This document shows, piece after piece, positions 1-11,593 of a DNA stretch of 64,000 bases. Numbering within the stretch: position 1 is the first letter of the stretch; every line of letters begins with the position of its first letter. The stretch is from Epithemia pelagica (Eukaryota > Protista > Bacillariophyta): NCBI GenBank assembly GCA_946965045.2, contig OX337236.1, positions 1,302,001-1,366,000 on the forward strand, read 5' to 3'. The notes beneath the pieces were generated by a model. That model was not told the DNA's origin. It was given only the letters and a program-made list of their open reading frames with translations, and ran no database searches. Position numbers and translations under genes: made by a program.

Positions 1-1
1 T

Positions 2-1159
2 TCTAAGCTGACGACCACTCTTGTCCAGAAAAGCGTCCAACAACCGAATTTCGACAAGTTCAGGTACCAAAATCGAAATGGGTGCATTGACTCGGGTGGA
101 GGTGAAGATTTCCCACAACAGCTGGAGTGTTGGTCGTATGGCTGTTCCCAGAATTCCTGGTTCATCAATGCCGTGAACAAGAAGAACAGCGTTGTGAATT
201 GTCTCAATCTGTTCCTCCCAGCCTTTCCATAGTATTGCTTCTTGGAAAGGTGATTGTGGACAATGTTCTGTCAGCCAAACCAATGGATTGACGCAGAAAA
301 CATCCATCCAGAGAAACTCCGCAGGAGAGACGTTCTCTCGAAGTAGTTTGATAATATCATTCAGAGAAGCTTGATCTAAGTAGGTCACAAATCTTGTTGC
401 ATTTCCCACTATGGGTGTCTCCTCCTCCGCGTGTTGTTTCGTGGTCGTTGACCATTGGTCTTTCAGTGGATTCAACTGTTGTAGTAACGCACCCCGACAA
501 GGCCACCCTAAAGTATCCGGACTACTGTTGTTCGTGTCTGTCTCAGTCGAACGACGGAGCAATTCAATAGTACAAACCTTGCGAATGAACCACATGGGAC
601 AACCAAACTGCCGCAATCGTTCCATATACGGTGATTCACAAAAAGTATTGAGGAACCAACCGACATGAATTCCCTTGTTCCGAACCAACAAATGGCTCTC
701 ATCCACGGAAGACGGAAGATTGTGTAGAATTTGGTGCACCAACAAATGTGGATCTTGTGTTTCTCGTTTTCCTCCTGAAGAATTCCCTTGACCGGATTCA
801 TTGTAAAGCCGCATGGCCAATAAGAGTTGCTCTTCCAGAGAAGCCCTGTGATTGTGAGCTTCCTGCCAGAGTTCAAAGGGTGACATCTGGGATCCTCGTC
901 GGTGCTTCTCAAGGGCTTTGGAAAGCATGGGAGACCTCACAATCAGCACTATCACCACAGTAGCAAGGATTCCGACGGTGATTGCGACCAATTGGGTCTG
1001 GCAATCCTTTTCAACAAGACAGTCTTCCAGCCATATTTGTACTTCATCCCATCGCATGCCGCCTTCCGAGTGTGATGTTTCGTAGATCGCAATTGCCACT
1101 GCACTGGCGGCTGCCGCAGCCAGTGCTACACGCAACGACGGACGTTTCGATGTCGACAT
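2..1159 (-). CDS. 3'-truncated gene (runs off the left edge): N-terminal hydrophobic segments plus a HET-like domain of the kind seen in diatom TPR/kinesin-light-chain-like proteins
   Basis: Manual translation from ATG 1159 gives about 386 codons with no stop to the window edge (absent from the ORF track): MSTSKRPSLRVALAAAAASAVAIAIY...GNATRFVTYLDQASLNDIIKLL...FLWMDVFCVN...LLWEIFTS. The G-x-A-T-x-F-V / W-x-D-x-F-x-V-N / LWEI pattern resembles HET-like domains (recognised from memory). Confidence 0.55.
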   Translation of the reverse strand, partial: MSTSKRPSLRVALAAAAASAVAIAIYETSHSEGGMRWDEVQIWLEDCLVEKDCQTQLVAITVGILATVVIVLIVRSPMLSKALEKHRRGSQMSPFELWQEAHNHRASLEEQLLLAMRLYNESGQGNSSGGKRETQDPHLLVHQILHNLPSSVDESHLLVRNKGIHVGWFLNTFCESPYMERLRQFGCPMWFIRKVCTIELLRRSTETDTNNSSPDTLGWPCRGALLQQLNPLKDQWSTTTKQHAEEETPIVGNATRFVTYLDQASLNDIIKLLRENVSPAEFLWMDVFCVNPLVWLTEHCPQSPFQEAILWKGWEEQIETIHNAVLLVHGIDEPGILGTAIRPTLQLLWEIFTSTRVNAPISILVPELVEIRLLDAFLDKSGRQLR

Positions 1160-1502
1160 TACATTTCCATGTTGCTTCGATGGCTTGATTGTACGAATGG
1201 TTGCGTGTCTCTTGTCAATTGAATTGTGTCTCAACGATGGGAACTGATTGAAGCTACCCCAACGCGACTAAAGGCGTCGATTGAAAATCTGAAGCGGTCT
1301 GGGAAAAACTAATCATAATAAAGTGAACCATTATCAATTTGAAACCACTGAGGATTTCCTTCCTCCCCTGAAGATCCAATCGATCGGGAGTCGTCAGTCA
1401 AGTGATGTGTCAAAACACCTCCAACAAATCACAACCATCGAATGTTGCTGTTCTCCGTCATCGTTGTTCCATAATATCAACGAAAGAAAAGGTGTGAGGA
1501 CA

Positions 1503-3353
1503 ATGACAAAAGTCATGTTACGGCTAACCTCTGTATCTCTCCTTGTGGTATTGTGGCTACCACGCATCTCGACATTCACGTTGCGACCGGTACCGTTGCA
1601 CCAACCAGAATGTTCCACCGTGTCGCTGGTGTCACTGGAAATGGGGAAAAGCCGCAAGGCTCGAAGGTCTGTGGACAAATCGAGGCCCAAAAAGTCGTTT
1701 TTTGAAGTCATGGATGATGCCGAAGGAAAGGGCTCCAAAAAGTCGAGTCCCAGTACAGCTACGGCTACCCAACAAGAGACGAGCAACCAACCAGCCGAAG
1801 TTGTCAACGATCCAGCCGAAGCAGCGCGACAAAAACAAATGGCAGAGGCACAGAAACGAATTGATCAACGACCGGATGTGTCTACTGTCGTTGTAGATGA
1901 AGAAACAGGTGCCGAAATTGTACAACAAGGAAAAAATGTCATGGATGTGGTCACACGACAACCTGTCAAGCTTTCTTCGTTGGGCCCCGAATATCGATTA
2001 GCTCAACTCTTCCCTGGAGTGCCACCGCAGGTTCGAGAAAACTATCGAATGGATCGGGCTACGGTGCAAGTTTCTGAGTTGGTAGAGAACCTGCGAAAGG
2101 CGTGTTCCGTACGAACCAAAGACGGAACAGAAGACATTCCCCCTCATCCTTCGGTTGCGAACAAGGCCATTGACTATGTACTAGCCAATCGAGATCTTTT
2201 GGGATCCAAGATGACACGCACATTGGCTCGATTGACAATGCGAAACCTGGCCATGGGGAAAGTCGAAGAAGGTCGTGCCTACCAACAGTTGTGGAAGAAT
2301 TATGAAACTTTGGAGAACCACATTTCGGCGCCCTTTCGACAAATGATGATGGATGCCGAAGGCCGCGCGGGGCCCAATTTTGGAAATCTTGAAGTCAAGT
2401 CGTTTCTTTCGGGAGATTTGTATGAACGAACGGCAAATTACCTTGTCATCAAGGGTATGGTAGCACACTGGGAAAAGAAGGTTATTGATGCCGATTCCTT
2501 GGAAAAGCAGGCGCAAACCGATGACAACTTTGTCAGTATCACATCCGAGGGAGATCCACGTCGGTTCCTCCCGGATTCTCCTGTTTTCTTTACAGTCAAG
2601 GAATGTACTCAAGTGTGTTACATGGCACAACAAACCACCAAAGCGTTTGTTGAAACACCAGAATTGTTTGATGACTTGCCCGTGGAAGTGCGATTCCTCG
2701 AATATGCTACAAGTATTAGAGGTGGAACACCCATGCGGAAATACATGAAGGAAGAATTTTGTCCTCAGGAAGGGATTACAGTGGAAGCCTTGCTGGAGGG
2801 TATGCGGCGTTTGATGGTCCAATTGGATAATATGCAGGTGGATCCTTATGCCGACATTGTGAATTTGATGGACAAGCTCATTCGAGCAATGGCTGTGGGA
2901 ACTGACGAAGAGAGAGATCCCTACGTAAATTACATGGTCAGTAAAGATGCGAATGGACCGGGATACTTCCCAACGTATACGTTCAACCATGAACAAATTT
3001 CGTTGGTGCAATTCTTTGACAGTGCGATTACCGGCGCTGGTACGAGTGCAGGAGGCAGCTCATCGACTATGAGCAATCCCTTGGAAAATCTGTTCAACTT
3101 TGGTGGTGGTGGTTCCAAGTCTGGAGGGGCCTCCTCCAAGAAGGCTGGTGGATCCTCCTTGTTCCCCAAACAATCGCCCGAAACTCCGAGCGACGAAATG
3201 TACAATGTGCCAGCGGCACGAGCGGCGGGACGGCCACATGAATTGGGCTGGATCGAACTAATGAAGGAGTCCGAAGAAGACCTGTTTGGTTTGGGGAAAG
3301 TGCCTCCGGGTCGTATCATTATGGAAACCGAGGAGGAAGAATACACCATCTAA
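1503..3353 (+). CDS. Unknown protein with probable bipartite (signal + transit) plastid-targeting presequence
   Basis: Long ORF 1323..3353. The first ATG at 1503 gives MTKVMLRLTSVSLLVVLWLPRIST-FTLRP, a hydrophobic signal followed by F at the putative cleavage site. No family recognised. Confidence 0.7.
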   Translation: MTKVMLRLTSVSLLVVLWLPRISTFTLRPVPLHQPECSTVSLVSLEMGKSRKARRSVDKSRPKKSFFEVMDDAEGKGSKKSSPSTATATQQETSNQPAEVVNDPAEAARQKQMAEAQKRIDQRPDVSTVVVDEETGAEIVQQGKNVMDVVTRQPVKLSSLGPEYRLAQLFPGVPPQVRENYRMDRATVQVSELVENLRKACSVRTKDGTEDIPPHPSVANKAIDYVLANRDLLGSKMTRTLARLTMRNLAMGKVEEGRAYQQLWKNYETLENHISAPFRQMMMDAEGRAGPNFGNLEVKSFLSGDLYERTANYLVIKGMVAHWEKKVIDADSLEKQAQTDDNFVSITSEGDPRRFLPDSPVFFTVKECTQVCYMAQQTTKAFVETPELFDDLPVEVRFLEYATSIRGGTPMRKYMKEEFCPQEGITVEALLEGMRRLMVQLDNMQVDPYADIVNLMDKLIRAMAVGTDEERDPYVNYMVSKDANGPGYFPTYTFNHEQISLVQFFDSAITGAGTSAGGSSSTMSNPLENLFNFGGGGSKSGGASSKKAGGSSLFPKQSPETPSDEMYNVPAARAAGRPHELGWIELMKESEEDLFGLGKVPPGRIIMETEEEEYTI

Positions 3354-3675
3354 GTAGCTATTGTAGTGAGGTGTATGCAGGGTGGACCGCCACCACCCAC
3401 ACAGAATACGAGAAAATATAATAACTAGTTGTCAAAGACTATCTGCCATTTGATTATGATTGATCGAAGACAAGGACTCTAATGATGATGCGGACTTGCT
3501 AGAGGAGTAAGGACTCTTTAGGTAGTCTACTTCTTCGGCCAAACCGGACGTCGGCCAGACAGTATGACGTTGTCCGGGACTGCGATGAGACGGGAACCAA
3601 AGGATACACCCAGCCCTCATGTTCAACTCATGTAGCGAAGCACAGTACATTGTCCATCCCATCAACAAATTGACC

Positions 3676-4257
3676 ATGAAGACCTCTATCCTTCTTTCAC
3701 TTGTTGCTTCTGCATCGGCCTTTGCGCCGTCGGCTGTCCCAAAGACTGCCTCCACTCAAGTTTCCGCTTGGAAGGATGACACAGTGACAGGAATCACTGC
3801 CCCTGTTGGTTTCTGGGATCCTTTGGGTCTTTCGGAAGGCAAATCCGATGAAGTGATGGTATTTTACCGTGAGGCTGAGTTGAAGCACGGACGTGTCGCC
3901 ATGGCTGCCTGCTTGGGATGGTACCTCACTGCCGGTGGTGTACACCCTGCCTTTGACAGCTCCTTGTCGAGCAACCCCTTGGAGGCTGCCCATGAACTCC
4001 CCTTTGTCGGCTGGCTTCAATTCTTCTTGGGCTGCGGTGCCGTCGAATGGTTGACAGAAGACATCAAGAAGCGCCCCGGATACGTGCCTGGAGACGTTCT
4101 TGGAGCCGCATACTGGGTTGACAACAGCGATGAGGGTTGGGTGGACTACCAGAACAAGGAATTGAACAATGGCCGCCTTGCTATGCTTGCCATTACTGGC
4201 ATGTACACGCAAACGGTCCTTTTTGGTGAATACGGTGACATGATCTTCCGACGCTAA
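3676..4257 (+). CDS. Fucoxanthin-chlorophyll a/c binding light-harvesting protein (LHC/FCP family)
   Basis: MKTSILLSLVASASAFAP (ASAFAP motif), FWDPLGL, REAELKHGRVAMAA, KELNNGRLAMLA. Subfamily not assigned. Confidence 0.96.
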   Translation: MKTSILLSLVASASAFAPSAVPKTASTQVSAWKDDTVTGITAPVGFWDPLGLSEGKSDEVMVFYREAELKHGRVAMAACLGWYLTAGGVHPAFDSSLSSNPLEAAHELPFVGWLQFFLGCGAVEWLTEDIKKRPGYVPGDVLGAAYWVDNSDEGWVDYQNKELNNGRLAMLAITGMYTQTVLFGEYGDMIFRR

Positions 4258-5452
4258 GCGGTTTCCGATCTACTCTAGTTCCCAGTACTAGTGTATTTGG
4301 AGGAGAATGTAGCAAGTTTGGTTTGGTCTCTCTTTCTGCGCTGTATTATTCCTACATGAAGTCCGGGCATTGTTATAAGCGATGCTAATTATAGATCAAA
4401 AGTTGGTAGCAGCACTTCACTTCCATCTTTGATACATCATGGTGTCCTTGAGTTCAAAAGAGGTGTGGACTAGATCTACGCATTGTGCGTTGTGCCCCTA
4501 AAGTGCCCGGATGTGACGTAGGAGATGTCGCTAGTCGTTACCGCCAAAGGCTCGTATTGAACGCGCGTTGTTGCTCTCCAAAGGTTGCATCCTCGTCGTA
4601 GGGTGACCCTGCCTAAAGGGTTCCCTTGTCATGTCCTTCGACACTCATCGACATTTTAAGACATGTTGTTGCTTTCTCTCGAGTCTAGAGAAGTACCTCT
4701 CCTAGGTCCTAGGTACGATATGGGTTGCAAGTTCATCAGGGAGACATAGACTTTGCTATGCGCAAAGAATGCTGTAATAACGCGACTTACCAACGACTGC
4801 CATATGGAGTCACGGTCGGTGCGTCCACGCCGGCCGGTTCTCAGTCTTGCCCGACTGATGAGAGACGTAGAGTACAATACAAACAATGACACTCTCCCCA
4901 ACAACCGAGCACGCATGGTCCATGGTCCATAGTGATTCCCTCCCAGTCTTGTGGTACGGATATGTCTCTCCAGTTTGGCAACCATGCGCACTCTTGTTTC
5001 CATGGTTTGTGGTTCGGTCTGCTCTGTTGACGTTGTTGTCTCTCTCCACTCTGTTGAACGGTCCGTTGCAACGCAATATTAGAATATTCTTTCCTCGGTA
5101 TATTCGACCACGCTTTCCTTCACAACAAGGCGAAGGAAGGCTTTCTCCTTAGGAAGAAGGACGCGCTCGGTCTAAAAATCAGAGAAAAAGGTGACACACA
5201 AGACCCCAACGTGCAACTATTCTTCCTTGAGAGGTGGGCGCTGCACTCTTTGTGTGCAACAACAACAACATCCTTGGCGGCCATCGACTAGTGACAGTGG
5301 AGAGAAGCGAGGGTCCAAGAAATCAGTCAAGCCACTGTGGTTGCTGCAGCTGCTGCTTCCAAACGGAAGGAGAGGTTTTGTGAGGCGGAAAGAGCCGTCA
5401 AACTCATTGATAGGCAAGACGAACCAGTCCGATTTTCTCATTGAAAGGAACA

Positions 5453-7765
5453 ATGAATCCGTCTGGTTATCGTATTGAAGAGAAAAAGGAGACGGATGGG
5501 TATCATCACCACCATCCAGGAGCATCTCCTCAAGGAATCGCATTGGAAGAGAAATCGACTCATTCCTACAAATCCACACACAGCACTCGATCGTCTGTGT
5601 TGGAACGAGCTCGAGAATACAATCGTCGGATTGATCAACAAAACAATAATCGAAGAGCCAAATCGCTCGAGAGAAGTTCCAATGCCGGTGCCAGTGACTT
5701 TTCGGATCGATCTCGGTCGGTCGGACGGTCGCCGCAAAACAATACCTTCCTGGCCTCGGGCAATACGGTTTCCACGCATGAACGTGCCATGGCATCGGTG
5801 CGCAAAGACACGGCCAAACAACAACCATTGCAACAACAACAACAACAACCACAGGGCACTCCCACAACACCAGCGTTGGCACGTCGTTTGAAAAGCAATC
5901 AGTTGTTGCAACAACAGGCGGCCGCGGCCGCTGCGGCAGCGGAACCTCTCACCCCCGTGTCGGCACGAAATCCTTCATCGTCGTCGGCGGCTCCTTCTCG
6001 AACACCTACCGCCAGTCGTCATGCGACACCGCAACAACAACCGGTGGTGGGAGCCACAACGACGCCCCGCAAAACACCGTCGGCACAACAACAACGCGTG
6101 ACCTCGAACAACACTCATTCCAAATCACCGCAACGAAGTAGTCGATCGCAACCAAAACAACAACAACCACCACCCGCACAACAGCAACCGCCTCCTGGCG
6201 ATGGGGATCCAGAGGGACAGCAAGAACAAAACAATCACAATGCCGTGGTCACACCCGAATTATTGGTCGATGCCTTGTCGGGCCATGAAGATGGTTTGTT
6301 GGCCATTGCCGAAAAGCTCATGGAACATTACGATTCGGGTTACGATGTCATGGGCGAAGCCATTATTGATGCCTTTGCCGATGTTCAAAAACTCTTTCAA
6401 CACGTCGTGGAAGCCGCCCATATGGAAGGTGCAGCTTTTGAAGCCAGTCGTCGCGAAGCCGAAATGGCCGAATTGCGCAAACAAAATGAAGCGGCCGGTC
6501 TCCCCCTCGACACTACGGAAGAAGGTCCAGCGACACCGTCGGCCGCCACACCCGCTGGTCGACACGATGAATTTGTCGATCAAGATGTCAAGGATGTCTT
6601 GACCGAAGCGATTCGAAAGGGAACCACCATGCGCGATGCCAATCAACACGAAGATTGTTATCGCATGTACGAACAGGCCTGCCAATCCGCTTCGGCCTTG
6701 CTACCGGTCGATTCCGATCATCGAGGACGGTTGCAATTGAGTATTGCCCGCGCCGAATCCATGGGACCCGATCGGGCCTGTGCCATTTTGCGGTATGCCA
6801 TGGACGATGTCTTACGATCCGGTATGAGAGCGGGTCGAACGCCCCTCCCGGATCCCTCCAAACGAGCCGATGTTGTTCTCAGTCGACCCACACCCAGTGC
6901 AGCAGGGTCCACCACCTCACATGGGGCCAGTACTAGTACAGGCTCCAACTTTTACAAGGTGGCACAATCCCCCGATGAAGCATTGGCCTCGTTAATGGAA
7001 GAAATGAAGGAAATCATGAATGCGCCCGTCTACAATGATACACCCTTGCAATCGGTGGCGATTCGATTTTGGTCGGCCTTGACGGATTCGCAAAAATCAC
7101 AACAAAAGAACGAAGAACGATTGGAACAAGCCCTGGGGAAACTAAAGGGAGACTTTTTATTGGCAAGGGCCGAATGGGAAGAAAAACTCAACAAGTCGAA
7201 TGAAAAAGCAGACATGTACAAGGAAAAGTATGACAAACTCAAAGATGACAAACTCAAAGACTCCAAGCATTCCGGTCGGCATGCGAGCGGTGGAGCTGGC
7301 AGCAGTAGCACTTCCAGTGGTGGGTATCACGGGGACGATCTCATGGAACAAGCACGACACAATTACCGTTCGGCGGACGATGGACGACGACGCTTTCCTT
7401 CCTCACGCAATGGTGGTTCCTCCTCGGCGGCCTCTCGAACGGGTTCGGTAGCCTCCTTGGGTTCCGGTATTGCCGTGCATGCCAAAAAATTGGTCAATAC
7501 CATTCATGATTTTAACTGCAATGGGGATCACATGGCGAATGACCAAATACGAGATGAAATGCAAGACATGGCCAAAAAATCTCATGCGCAACGATCCGTG
7601 GGACAACAAGTTGCCAACAAATCACCTCATCGCAACAAACAACAACAACAAGGGACGCCCCATTCCGCTACAAGGGGTACTTCTTCCACACGAAATCAGG
7701 GAGGGGGTGCCAGCAGTCGATCGTTTCGAGAATATTCCAAATCACCCAAACGAATGGACGTATAA
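5453..7765 (+). CDS. Unknown Q/S-rich, partly coiled-coil protein
   Basis: 774-codon ORF (first ATG 5453) with a low-complexity N-terminus, ordered helical blocks (VTPELLVDALSGHEDGLLAIAEKL; AIRKG...CYRMYEQ...AILRYAMDDVL) and a coiled-coil near the C-terminus. Confidence 0.75.
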   Translation: MNPSGYRIEEKKETDGYHHHHPGASPQGIALEEKSTHSYKSTHSTRSSVLERAREYNRRIDQQNNNRRAKSLERSSNAGASDFSDRSRSVGRSPQNNTFLASGNTVSTHERAMASVRKDTAKQQPLQQQQQQPQGTPTTPALARRLKSNQLLQQQAAAAAAAAEPLTPVSARNPSSSSAAPSRTPTASRHATPQQQPVVGATTTPRKTPSAQQQRVTSNNTHSKSPQRSSRSQPKQQQPPPAQQQPPPGDGDPEGQQEQNNHNAVVTPELLVDALSGHEDGLLAIAEKLMEHYDSGYDVMGEAIIDAFADVQKLFQHVVEAAHMEGAAFEASRREAEMAELRKQNEAAGLPLDTTEEGPATPSAATPAGRHDEFVDQDVKDVLTEAIRKGTTMRDANQHEDCYRMYEQACQSASALLPVDSDHRGRLQLSIARAESMGPDRACAILRYAMDDVLRSGMRAGRTPLPDPSKRADVVLSRPTPSAAGSTTSHGASTSTGSNFYKVAQSPDEALASLMEEMKEIMNAPVYNDTPLQSVAIRFWSALTDSQKSQQKNEERLEQALGKLKGDFLLARAEWEEKLNKSNEKADMYKEKYDKLKDDKLKDSKHSGRHASGGAGSSSTSSGGYHGDDLMEQARHNYRSADDGRRRFPSSRNGGSSSAASRTGSVASLGSGIAVHAKKLVNTIHDFNCNGDHMANDQIRDEMQDMAKKSHAQRSVGQQVANKSPHRNKQQQQGTPHSATRGTSSTRNQGGGASSRSFREYSKSPKRMDV

Positions 7766-8184
7766 CAAATAATTGCGCCCACGCGGAATCACATGCAACG
7801 AAACCAACCAACCAACCAACCGAATCGTGTGACGATGGACGACCAACGACAGTGGTCCTCTCGAATCCGCTCCGTCTTTTACCGATTCACATCCTTTTAC
7901 ATTTATGCTTTCGCCAACCTTTTTTTATAAACTGTGACAAATCATTCTAGTATAGTTCCAACCATGGCAACCGTCTTCTGTCGATAGTTTGAGTATGGTA
8001 TACAAGATGCCAGTCGTATAATCCGTCAGCGATGGGACTTTCCTGTTGCTTTGCCTCTGTAGGATTAGAGGCAGGCAACACTGTCGTTTTAGTAGCAATG
8101 TAAAAAAGATCCAAGAAAAACATGATACTCCAGTCGTCGATACATTATGAATTAAACGTGCGTTATTCAAATGCAGTGTATCGC

Positions 8185-9261
8185 CTAGTAGAATGGCTTG
8201 TAAAATTCCGGATATTCCAGTTTCGATGAGTTCAACATGGGTGGCAAAACGACTTTACCGCCAGAGACGTTTCGATTGGTAAAAAACATGTTTCGCAAGT
8301 TCTCCTGCTTATGAATCCTGCTTGAATTTAGATCAAAGTTCTGTTGATCCATGTATGCTGCAGCTTCGGTCGATCGACATTCGCCTTGGCGCCATTGCAC
8401 ATTAGGTCTGTCTGAGTTGAAACATTCCATGAGGACTGTGTCAAAGCGCGCAATCTTTGAACCAGCACTCCGGATGACCATCAAATCTGCGCCCTCGGCA
8501 TCTACCTTCAAGTTGATGGACTTGATTCGTTGCGGAATCAAATCGATCAAACTTTCCAAGCGAATGACATTGGTCTTGATGGATCTTCGTGATTTGGCGC
8601 AACCGAACGTGTTGTTCTTGGCAGTCGGCAACAACGAACTGCACACGGCCACATTTGCCACGTAAAAATCAGCAATTCCTTCACTTTCTCCCACCGCCGT
8701 TCTGAGATAAAACGCTTGGTGCATATACCTCGGGTCGAGCCACTGTTTGGAGTTGTTCTTGGAGTTGGTCATGGCATATTTCGACACTCTTTGAGCCAGT
8801 GGAATAATGCTGTCTGGGAGAGGATCCACGACAATCACAGCTGTTGTTGGGAGATACTTGTCAAATTCCTTCGTCTTTCTCTTCTTTGGTGGAAGTGCCT
8901 TACCCTGTTGCTTGAGGGATGCGGATAAGTCCTCCAATGCATCAAGGTAGTCGGAATTTCGCGCCCCTACATCAATGACGACAGAGTCAATATGTGGAGG
9001 AAAGTCAATGGTTCCATTCTGGTCAATGGGAAAGAAAGCTGGTCCAAGATGCTTCATCATGTTTGTACCCGCATTTTGGTTCTCACTGGAACTAGACAGT
9101 TCGGGAATGTGCTCCTCCACAAGGGCCTCGCGATGCATGGGCGACACGACTGAGAGTTGAATCATGGCACCACCATACACCAAGGCAACCGTAGAACAGA
9201 CGCATATTACAGTGAATGCAGATGGCCTCTTTCCGGATGAAACCGAGGCTTTGTTCTCCAT
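8185..9261 (-). CDS. FkbM-family SAM-dependent methyltransferase with N-terminal membrane anchor
   Basis: VVIDVGA (motif I), IVVDPL, AVGE and LKVDAEGAD are typical FkbM motifs. Single TM segment near the N-terminus. Confidence 0.82.
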   Translation of the reverse strand: MENKASVSSGKRPSAFTVICVCSTVALVYGGAMIQLSVVSPMHREALVEEHIPELSSSSENQNAGTNMMKHLGPAFFPIDQNGTIDFPPHIDSVVIDVGARNSDYLDALEDLSASLKQQGKALPPKKRKTKEFDKYLPTTAVIVVDPLPDSIIPLAQRVSKYAMTNSKNNSKQWLDPRYMHQAFYLRTAVGESEGIADFYVANVAVCSSLLPTAKNNTFGCAKSRRSIKTNVIRLESLIDLIPQRIKSINLKVDAEGADLMVIRSAGSKIARFDTVLMECFNSDRPNVQWRQGECRSTEAAAYMDQQNFDLNSSRIHKQENLRNMFFTNRNVSGGKVVLPPMLNSSKLEYPEFYKPFY

Positions 9262-9865
9262 TATGGAATCTCTTGTTTAAGGTCTCGTAGTTGAACGCTT
9301 GTTGAAGATCTCGCAGTTGGACGCATTGAGATAGGTCCACCTTGTGTTTTGTTGGAGTACCATTTCCTTGTCTGGTTTTACCCATCCCCATTCTTGTGGT
9401 GGTCTATCGTCGATCTTGTTCTCGTTCTCGTTCCAACGGACTGTTTTGAGAAGATTTTGTTGTGATTCGCTATGTGTCGTCTTTTTTCTATGTACAGGTA
9501 GCTCTTGGGCCAGCGGAGGCGCGCGAGCGGGAGGTCCTGAATCCCGCATTGATACTTTGAAACACGACCACGACCACCCAGGGCAAACCCAAAGTTAACC
9601 GTCGTTTCGAGAGTTTCTCGACAACACGCCTCAACCTCAACTCGCAACTCTGTGCTCTGTGTACCATATCATCTTATTGCTGCCGTTCAATTCTTGTCCT
9701 CATCATTCCATACCTATAATACACTTCATCACCAATCAAGAGGTCTAGAGTCTAGAGTGCTTTTCTTTGAGATTCAGAAGACATAAAAACGGCAGGTGCT
9801 AACTTTCTCATCCTTTTTATGGAAGAATCAGCAACACAGTAAGAAACCAAGAGGAAGACTTGACA

Positions 9866-11593
9866 ATGAGAGAGTCGCTGCACCAGCCGGAAGAAGAACA
9901 TGCTGGTCATGAAGATCCTCTGGCACAGGGAAGTGTGGCGACATCCTTTCATCAACAGATTGAAATGATCACAACGCCATTTCGAAGATTGTCGCCGACG
10001 CCTGTATCCGACGCGTCGAATAGCCATTCGGCTGGAACCGCGTCCTTGTTGGCGCACGACGGCATGATGAACGGCAATGGCCGTGTTGTACAAGCTATAA
10101 CCAATAACACATTAGGAAGTGGACCAGATGAAGAAATGAACCCTCTTGTATTGGAATCTCCGTCCTCTTTTGCTTCGGACACCAGCGAATCCAAACACGA
10201 CGATGGTCATGGAGGTGGTGCTCCAGGGAGTGCCTCCAATCCACAAGTGGTGATCAACATTATTATTAGTTTTGTGGGAGCTGGATTATTGGGAGTACCG
10301 AATGCCTTTTCCAAGGCTGGATGGTTGCTCGGGTCGGTCACCTGTATTGTTATTTCAGCCTTGAATTTATATGCCATGTTGCTCTTGCCTCAAGTCAAGC
10401 GCAAACTACTGTCGAGATCAATAGCCACCACTGCGGAGGTAAACAGCAATGGCCAGCAACCACAACAACCGCCACAATCTCTGCATTCTCCCAAAGATAT
10501 AGTTTCCTATGGAGATTTGGGAAGAGTCATTTTGGGACCAACAGGAGAAGTTTTGGTCAATATTTGTTTGGGAATCAGTCAAGCGGGCTTTGCCACGGCT
10601 TATATTATTTTTATTGCGGCCAATTTATACAGTGTTGCCCGCATCCCACGATTGTTGGTTTGTATCTTGAGTGTACCCGGTCTCTCCTTTTTGGTTTCCT
10701 TGAATGAAATGAAGCAGCTTGCACCCTTTAGCCTGCTGGCCAATGCGGCCAACTTTTCGGCGCTCCTGGCTGTGTTGGTTCAAGATTTTGGAGAGTTGCG
10801 TCAACAACGCAAACAACGAAGTCTTAGTCCAAGTTACCAATTCCAAGATCCAGCAGCCAACATTTCAACTGGGGTGGATGACGATTTGTCAAATTTCACA
10901 CCCGAAAGTAACACTCAACCGCCCACGATCCATGCCGTTCGATGGGGCGGATTCCTTTACGCAATTGCCATTACCATTTACAGCATGGAAGGAATTGGCC
11001 TGATTCTGAGCTTGGAAGCTTCAGCAAAACAACCACACATGTTTTTACCCCTCTTGAAAGGAACGGTTGGCTGTATTACAATGTTCATGGCCTTCTTTGG
11101 ATCTGTTGGTTACATGGCCTTTGGGGATGATACAATGGCACCAATCACACTCAATTTAACTGGTGCAGTGGTAGGGACCTTTGTCAAGTGTGCATTGTCC
11201 TTAGGGCTCTACTTGACCTACCCCATTATGATGTTTCCCATTTGGAGTATTGCTGAGCGGATCAGTCCTAAAATCAAGGACAATGCCAAATTGAGCAAAC
11301 GATTCCGTATTGGTGTGGTTTGTGTGTCGGCGTTGGTGGCCTATGCTGTTCCTGATTTTGGCAAGTTTTTGAGTTTGGTTGGAAGCTCCATCTGTACTAT
11401 TCTTGGATTCATCTTGCCCTGTTACTTTCATTGGGTTGTGTTTGATAAAGAGCTACCCAAATGGCAATACAATTTGAACGTGTTCTTGATTTTTGGCGGA
11501 AGCTTGTTTGGAATCATTGGTACGGCTGAAAGTTTTATTGCCATGCTCAAGGGAGACCTGGAATCGGAAGTGCGGAGATTAGAAGAACTGTAG
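9866..11593 (+). CDS. Amino acid/auxin permease family transporter (Aa_trans, AVT/PAT-like)
   Basis: NIIISFVGAGLLGVPNAFSKAGW, SYGDLG, YSMEGIGLILSLE, FGSVGYMAFG, LTYPIMMFP; about 11 hydrophobic segments. Confidence 0.92.
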   Translation: MRESLHQPEEEHAGHEDPLAQGSVATSFHQQIEMITTPFRRLSPTPVSDASNSHSAGTASLLAHDGMMNGNGRVVQAITNNTLGSGPDEEMNPLVLESPSSFASDTSESKHDDGHGGGAPGSASNPQVVINIIISFVGAGLLGVPNAFSKAGWLLGSVTCIVISALNLYAMLLLPQVKRKLLSRSIATTAEVNSNGQQPQQPPQSLHSPKDIVSYGDLGRVILGPTGEVLVNICLGISQAGFATAYIIFIAANLYSVARIPRLLVCILSVPGLSFLVSLNEMKQLAPFSLLANAANFSALLAVLVQDFGELRQQRKQRSLSPSYQFQDPAANISTGVDDDLSNFTPESNTQPPTIHAVRWGGFLYAIAITIYSMEGIGLILSLEASAKQPHMFLPLLKGTVGCITMFMAFFGSVGYMAFGDDTMAPITLNLTGAVVGTFVKCALSLGLYLTYPIMMFPIWSIAERISPKIKDNAKLSKRFRIGVVCVSALVAYAVPDFGKFLSLVGSSICTILGFILPCYFHWVVFDKELPKWQYNLNVFLIFGGSLFGIIGTAESFIAMLKGDLESEVRRLEEL

